From: Moorena producens 3L
Lineage (GTDB): Bacteria > Cyanobacteriota > Cyanobacteriia > Cyanobacteriales > Coleofasciculaceae
Length of the DNA: 64,000 bases
Reading direction: 5' to 3'
NCBI RefSeq assembly: GCF_000211815.1
Contig: NZ_GL890973.1
Location: forward strand, 39,777 to 103,776
Positions 59,829 to 64,000 of this stretch are shown one piece after another (position 1 is the stretch's first letter; every line of letters starts with the position of its first letter). A program made the position numbers and the translations under genes. Under the pieces are notes generated by a model that was given only the letters and a program-made list of their open reading frames with translations, did not search any database and had not been told where the DNA came from.

Positions 59829-60590
59829 GATTTTTTCCTCATTTATACTTAAGTATAGCAAGTTAATATAGCGGTTTTAAATTAGGTGAGGTAAAAGTTT
59901 GTTGGTGTTAGGGAGCAGGGAGCAGGGAGCAGGGAGCAGTAAAGCCAGAAGAGGGAAGAGAGAAAAAATTATCTGTACCTGATTAGGTAACAAAGCGCTA
60001 TATTTGCTTGAGTTAGTTGTATGCATTCATCTCAAGTCGGGTTGAATACTCATAATAAAAGTTGATCGAAGGCAAAGGGCAGAAGGCAGCTTTGCTGAAG
60101 TAAAAGAATAAGGTTTCAAGGGAATGGTGCGATGGGCTACGCGCAGCCAAAGGCGATTGATCTTAGGTCAAGCTTCGCGATGAAGCGTTCGTAAAGCGTG
60201 GCCCAAAGGCCTCAGCTTCCGCTAAATGCGATCGCTTTTAGGGGTTCCAAAGGAGCATCGCAACGGTGACACGGCAGCAAGGTTGTGAGTAGAGCCTATG
60301 TGCCCACTATGATGTAAACCTAAGAGTTTTTTTCTTATCAAATAAAATTATGATTTTTTTCTCTTATCAAATAAAATTTTGGCTCTTTTTACTCTCTTGC
60401 TTTTTGCGTCTTGCTTCCATCACTTTTACTACAACCAGTGTATTGACATTCTAGATACAAACACTATAGTAGTTTATAGGAATAAGCTAGGCAGCATTTA
60501 CCTTAAAATAAAATGATTTGTGATAATTTTTGTTTCCTAATTCCAATTGCCTTTCCTATATATATCGTTTTTCATAACTATGAGGTACAT

Positions 60591-60639
60591 AGGTGCGCTT
60601 TCCGTTGGTGACTTAAATTTACCAACAGAAAGCGCACCT
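60591..60639. repeat. Nested palindromic element, copy 6 (AGGTGCGCTTTC-CGTTGGTGACTTAAATTTACCAACAG-AAAGCGCACCT), immediately upstream of the ORF at 60648
   Basis: Perfect 11-bp outer arms. Confidence 0.75.
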
Positions 60640-60647
60640 TTACAAAT

Positions 60648-61097
60648 ATGAAATGCATCCCACTATTAACGGTTGACATGACCACAAATAAAAAAACGAT
60701 AAACCCACAAAAACCCAGTAGGAAAACTCAAGGTGTAACACAATTATCAACTAGACCAAAAACAAGGTCTGGGAAGGTTATTAATGAACTGCTTATCAAC
60801 ATTTGGGAGCCCTTGGATCAGCTTGGAAAAGCTTTAATAGGTGACCTCTGGCGAGATGTCTATTTAACAATTCAGGATGCCATTGGTCTTGGGATCCTAT
60901 ACGTTATTTTCGGCTGGATATTTCATTGGATAACTAAAGAAAATTTTACAAGCTTTGATCAATGTTGGAATACCTGGAGCGTTTGGGAAGTAAACCGCTA
61001 CTTCTGCCTTGTTGTTGTTTTGTTAGCTTTTAGCTCCTGTATTACCTTATGTGGTCGAATCCTCAAACGCTTATTAAAAGATATGATTAATCTATGA
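60648..61097 (+). CDS. Hypothetical membrane protein (149 aa, 2 predicted TM helices), AT-rich
   Basis: ORF track; hydrophobic stretches LGILYVIFGWIFHWI and FCLVVVLLAFSSCITLCG; no recognisable domain. Confidence 0.45.
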   Translation: MKCIPLLTVDMTTNKKTINPQKPSRKTQGVTQLSTRPKTRSGKVINELLINIWEPLDQLGKALIGDLWRDVYLTIQDAIGLGILYVIFGWIFHWITKENFTSFDQCWNTWSVWEVNRYFCLVVVLLAFSSCITLCGRILKRLLKDMINL

Positions 61098-61113
61098 CGC
61101 TATAACTAAGTTA

Positions 61114-62256
61114 GTGAATATGTCTACAGTTAAACGCGAAGAAATTAGTCTCTACCAAGAAGCCAAAGCTAGTTTAAGTTCCCTGTTTTGGCAAACAGCC
61201 CAAGTCTTTACTAGTTTACTAGTAATATTCTTGTTCGCTGGTGGCAAACCTCCCGGTTGGTTAGTCACCACCAGCTTTGTCGTCGGTACTGTATTTGTTT
61301 TTTGGAGAGAAAACAAGCGAACTAAGGATGGATCAAGTGAACATAAACAAATAAATAATAACGAGCATAAACCAAACAAATCTATGGTTCCCACTTATAA
61401 GAGTTACAAGCAAAGGAAAGCTAATCAAGTTCTGAGACGATCAATTGCAGAGAAAGAAACTACTATAGATGACCAGAGTGATGCCAAGTTTAACGCTAGT
61501 GCTAACTACTTCGAAAAAGCTGATTATGTTAGTAGTGAACAAAGCTATGCTAAGCAAACTAATATGGATAGAGACTCGAAAATACAGAAATGGCAAAACT
61601 ATTTTAATTTTGCATTAATTATAATCATTTTTACGGCACCACTATTTACTTTTGGAATCAAAGAATTGGGGAAAAAAAATTATAAAATATATAAAAATAA
61701 TCAAGGAATGATTGCTGAAATAAATAGTAAACCTCTTGTTTATTCTTCTCCAGTAATTTCACAAATTCCGACAGATGATAACCCTGAAAAAACTCAAAAA
61801 TTATCTAAATCAGTTGAACCCCAACTAGTTGAACCTATAGAAGTTGAAAATAAAGGTATTATATATAATTTTAAAAATTGCCAAAAATCCTTAAATGTAA
61901 ATTCAAGTACTCAATCCATAAGTTGTGCTATATTAATTACAAGCACTAAAGAAAATGTTCAGTTGCGTTTATATTCCAATCGCACTTCTTCTCAAAGAAG
62001 TAGACTATTGGATCAAGGTAAAGAATATGTAGCCACAAAAGTTGAATTTGGTACATACAGTAGTAATCGCATAGGTTATGTAAAAAATAGCTTGATTAAG
62101 GATGTACCGATAGAAGCCATTATTGATTTTGATGGAGTTCCACTAGAATTAAACCAGATAGATATCCTGCAATTTACATCCTATTTAGAGAGTTCTTATT
62201 ACAAAGGTAAACTCAATACTGAATTACGTAATTTGCCGGTTATTCCGGAAAAATAG
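61114..62256 (+). CDS. Hypothetical membrane protein (380 aa; N-terminal TM hairpin, Lys/Asn-rich low-complexity region, third TM helix, roughly 170-aa C-terminal domain), AT-rich
   Basis: ORF track; begins 17 nt after the previous ORF (operon-like); no recognisable domain. Confidence 0.5.
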   Translation: MNMSTVKREEISLYQEAKASLSSLFWQTAQVFTSLLVIFLFAGGKPPGWLVTTSFVVGTVFVFWRENKRTKDGSSEHKQINNNEHKPNKSMVPTYKSYKQRKANQVLRRSIAEKETTIDDQSDAKFNASANYFEKADYVSSEQSYAKQTNMDRDSKIQKWQNYFNFALIIIIFTAPLFTFGIKELGKKNYKIYKNNQGMIAEINSKPLVYSSPVISQIPTDDNPEKTQKLSKSVEPQLVEPIEVENKGIIYNFKNCQKSLNVNSSTQSISCAILITSTKENVQLRLYSNRTSSQRSRLLDQGKEYVATKVEFGTYSSNRIGYVKNSLIKDVPIEAIIDFDGVPLELNQIDILQFTSYLESSYYKGKLNTELRNLPVIPEK

Positions 62257-62449
62257 AAATTATCTAATTTACAAATAGGTTATAGCGGTTTTTAATTAGG
62301 TGAGGTACAAATTTTAGGGTTTTAGGGAACAGTGGCGTAGGGTGCGTGATAAGACGGGCTCCCCTTGATTTTCCCCCTGTTGACATCGGTTGAGATAGCC
62401 CGGCCCGTAACGCACCACCGGGTCAAACTAGAGATCCTTCCCCCTTGCC

Positions 62450-63061
62450 TCAGCGCAACCCTATAAATAATTTGTCTGTAGATATCTTAAGATTAGTAAA
62501 AAGCGAAGATTTGAGACAATCCCCTCTACGGAACATTACTTTCTGATATTGATCATTTACCAAACAGCAGACCGTTACCGTCGGTTGTTTCGGGCTACCA
62601 ATAAAATATTTTCCGCCAATACCGAGATAATCGACAATCCAGTATTCTGGAATGCCCAAAGCTTCGTAATCTTCATACTTACGAGCATAATCATTCTGCC
62701 AGTTTGTACTAACGACTTCAACCACAAGTTTTACAGTAGTACCCAGAGTTATAACTGGTTCCCTTGCCCAAAGTGGTTCGTTGACCAATTCTCCCTCATC
62801 AAGGACAACAAGATCTGGTCTGAAAGCGTTGAAGGTTCCCAAGGGCTGAATTAAACAGCGGTGTGGGATAAAATAAGGTACATCTAAACGATCTATTTCT
62901 ACGTTAAGCTTTCGGCTAATCAACGCCACGACTTGCTCGTGGGGGCCAGTTGGTTCCATCTCAATTAGCTCTCCATCAATGAGTTCGTACCGTTGATCGT
63001 CTCCATACTGAGCAATAAATTCTTCTGGACTGATACCGGTTGTGGTTGCTGATAAAATCAT
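62450..63061 (-). CDS. Uma2-family (DUF820) endonuclease-like protein
   Basis: Family motifs (RYELIDGELIEMEPTGPHEQVVALI, FRPDLVVL, VVEVVS); 203 aa. Confidence 0.8.
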   Translation of the reverse strand: MILSATTTGISPEEFIAQYGDDQRYELIDGELIEMEPTGPHEQVVALISRKLNVEIDRLDVPYFIPHRCLIQPLGTFNAFRPDLVVLDEGELVNEPLWAREPVITLGTTVKLVVEVVSTNWQNDYARKYEDYEALGIPEYWIVDYLGIGGKYFIGSPKQPTVTVCCLVNDQYQKVMFRRGDCLKSSLFTNLKISTDKLFIGLR

Positions 63062-63308
63062 AGAGCGGTCTCCTACTAAAACCTTACTGTTATCAACACC
63101 TAACTAAAATGTAAGCTATCAGCTTATGCGCTACTTGAGGTGCTTTTGAATAAAACAGGTAAGCATTGCTTTAATCTGAGTTAAGCCACAGCATCGTTCG
63201 CACAGCGTGGCCGTTCGCGTAGCGTGGCCAAAAGGCCAAAAGGCCAAGGCCAAAGCCTGTGCCACGGCTGACAGCTGAACACTGACAGCATGAACATTTG
63301 GATTGATG

Positions 63309-63556
63309 CCCAACTGCCTCCAACATTAGCAACAAGCCCTTGGGTGGTGCGTTACGGGACGGGCTATTTCAATACTAGCGCTAGGTTTTAACATGAGGGC
63401 AAGCCCGCCCCTAACTCACCCTACGCACGACGCACGACTGCCTCCAACATTAGCAGCGAGCCCTTGGGTGGTGCGTTACGGGACGGGCTATTTCAACACT
63501 AGCGCTAGGTTTTAACATGAGGGCAAGCCCGCCCCTAACTCACCCTACGCACTATC
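63309..63556. repeat. 124-bp tandem direct repeat x2, with an inverted partial copy at 62330-62425 on the other side of the Uma2 gene
   Basis: The two units are nearly identical (CTGCCTCCAACATTAGCA(A/G)C(A/G)AGCCCTTGGGTGGTGCGTTACGGGACGGGCTATTTCAA...GGGCAAGCCCGCCCCTAACTCACCCTACGCAC). The reverse complement matches GTAGGGTGCGTG...ATAGCCCGGCCCGTAACGCACCACC at 62340-62420. Confidence 0.8.
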
Positions 63557-63598
63557 ACCTACTATTTATAAGTGTTCAACGGAACATGATCTGAGCAA

Positions 63599-63946
63599 TT
63601 AACTTAACTGAGCGACTACCTGATTTGCCAATAAGGTTTCATTGGTAAGTAAATCATCTACAGTAACTCTCAAGTAACGTTCACCATCAACTTGAAACTG
63701 GAGTTTAATGCGATCGCTTCCGGGATTGCCCAGGGGTGTTAATTTAGCCACACTTCTTGCCCCATCCCTATCATTGAGGGGTTGCACAGCGTTTTCGCCC
63801 TGGCCTAACTGACGAGTAATTAAGCGATCGCCTTCAAAATAAATCTCTGTGCCACCAGTTTGGGAGCCTAACTCTCCTAAAATTAGCTCTATACTCGGTT
63901 GATTCTCTACCGATGCTCCTAAGAATAGTTCTACTGGCTCACTCAT
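63599..63946 (-). CDS. Hypothetical protein (115 aa)
   Basis: ORF track; no recognisable domain. Confidence 0.4.
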   Translation of the reverse strand: MSEPVELFLGASVENQPSIELILGELGSQTGGTEIYFEGDRLITRQLGQGENAVQPLNDRDGARSVAKLTPLGNPGSDRIKLQFQVDGERYLRVTVDDLLTNETLLANQVVAQLS

Positions 63947-64000
63947 GGGGTAAGGCTGTCCTTCTCTAATGATTGAGTGCCAGTTGTGACGCTTTAACCG

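Overview
This window reads as a chromosomal segment of a filamentous cyanobacterium. The evidence is frequent HIP1 octamers (GCGATCGC), abundant heptanucleotide tandem repeats (STRR-like), pentapeptide-repeat and Uma2/DUF820 genes, and the cyanobacterial layout of the ribosomal-protein supercluster, which has no rpsJ, rpsN or rpmD inside it.

The core, roughly 8.3 to 27.4 kb and all on the minus strand, is the conserved housekeeping block rplC-rplD-rplW-rplB-rpsS-rplV-rpsC-rplP-rpmC-rpsQ-rplN-rplX-rplE-rpsH-rplF-rplR-rpsE-rplO-secY-adk-infA-rpmJ-rpsM-rpsK-rpoA-rplQ-truA-rplM-rpsI-rpmE-prfA. A second small housekeeping island (rpsR, rpmG, tRNA-Gly-CCC, an RNase II-family exoribonuclease and an Amt ammonium transporter) lies at 42 to 52 kb.

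Flanking these are accessory-type regions:
- a CPA2/Kef-type antiporter;
- a full-length major vault protein (MVP) homolog with striking similarity to eukaryotic MVP, next to a pentapeptide-repeat protein and a 966-aa radical-SAM/DUF2344 fusion protein carrying an internal 15-bp tandem-repeat linker;
- a STAS-domain protein;
- a response-regulator/PAS/class-III adenylate cyclase/TPR protein divergent from an HTH+AAA-like (pfam14516-type) NTPase;
- three Uma2-family endonuclease paralogs;
- a YefM/YoeB toxin-antitoxin pair;
- an ABC permease and an ABC exporter;
- an HD-domain hydrolase;
- an AT-rich two-gene cassette of uncharacterised membrane proteins.

Mobile-DNA debris is concentrated next to tRNA-Gly and between amt and rnb: a disrupted IS200/IS605 tnpB, ISAs1-like and ISL3-like transposase remnants, a family of roughly 105-bp hairpin (MITE-like) elements, a roughly 47-bp nested palindromic element present in at least six copies, and several longer direct and inverted repeats.

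Two further points stand out:
- rplX carries an apparent 1-nt homopolymer frameshift.
- rpmC carries an in-frame 24-bp tandem duplication.

The most unusual content is the prokaryotic MVP gene. No other recognisable vault component (TEP1, VPARP) is visible nearby.
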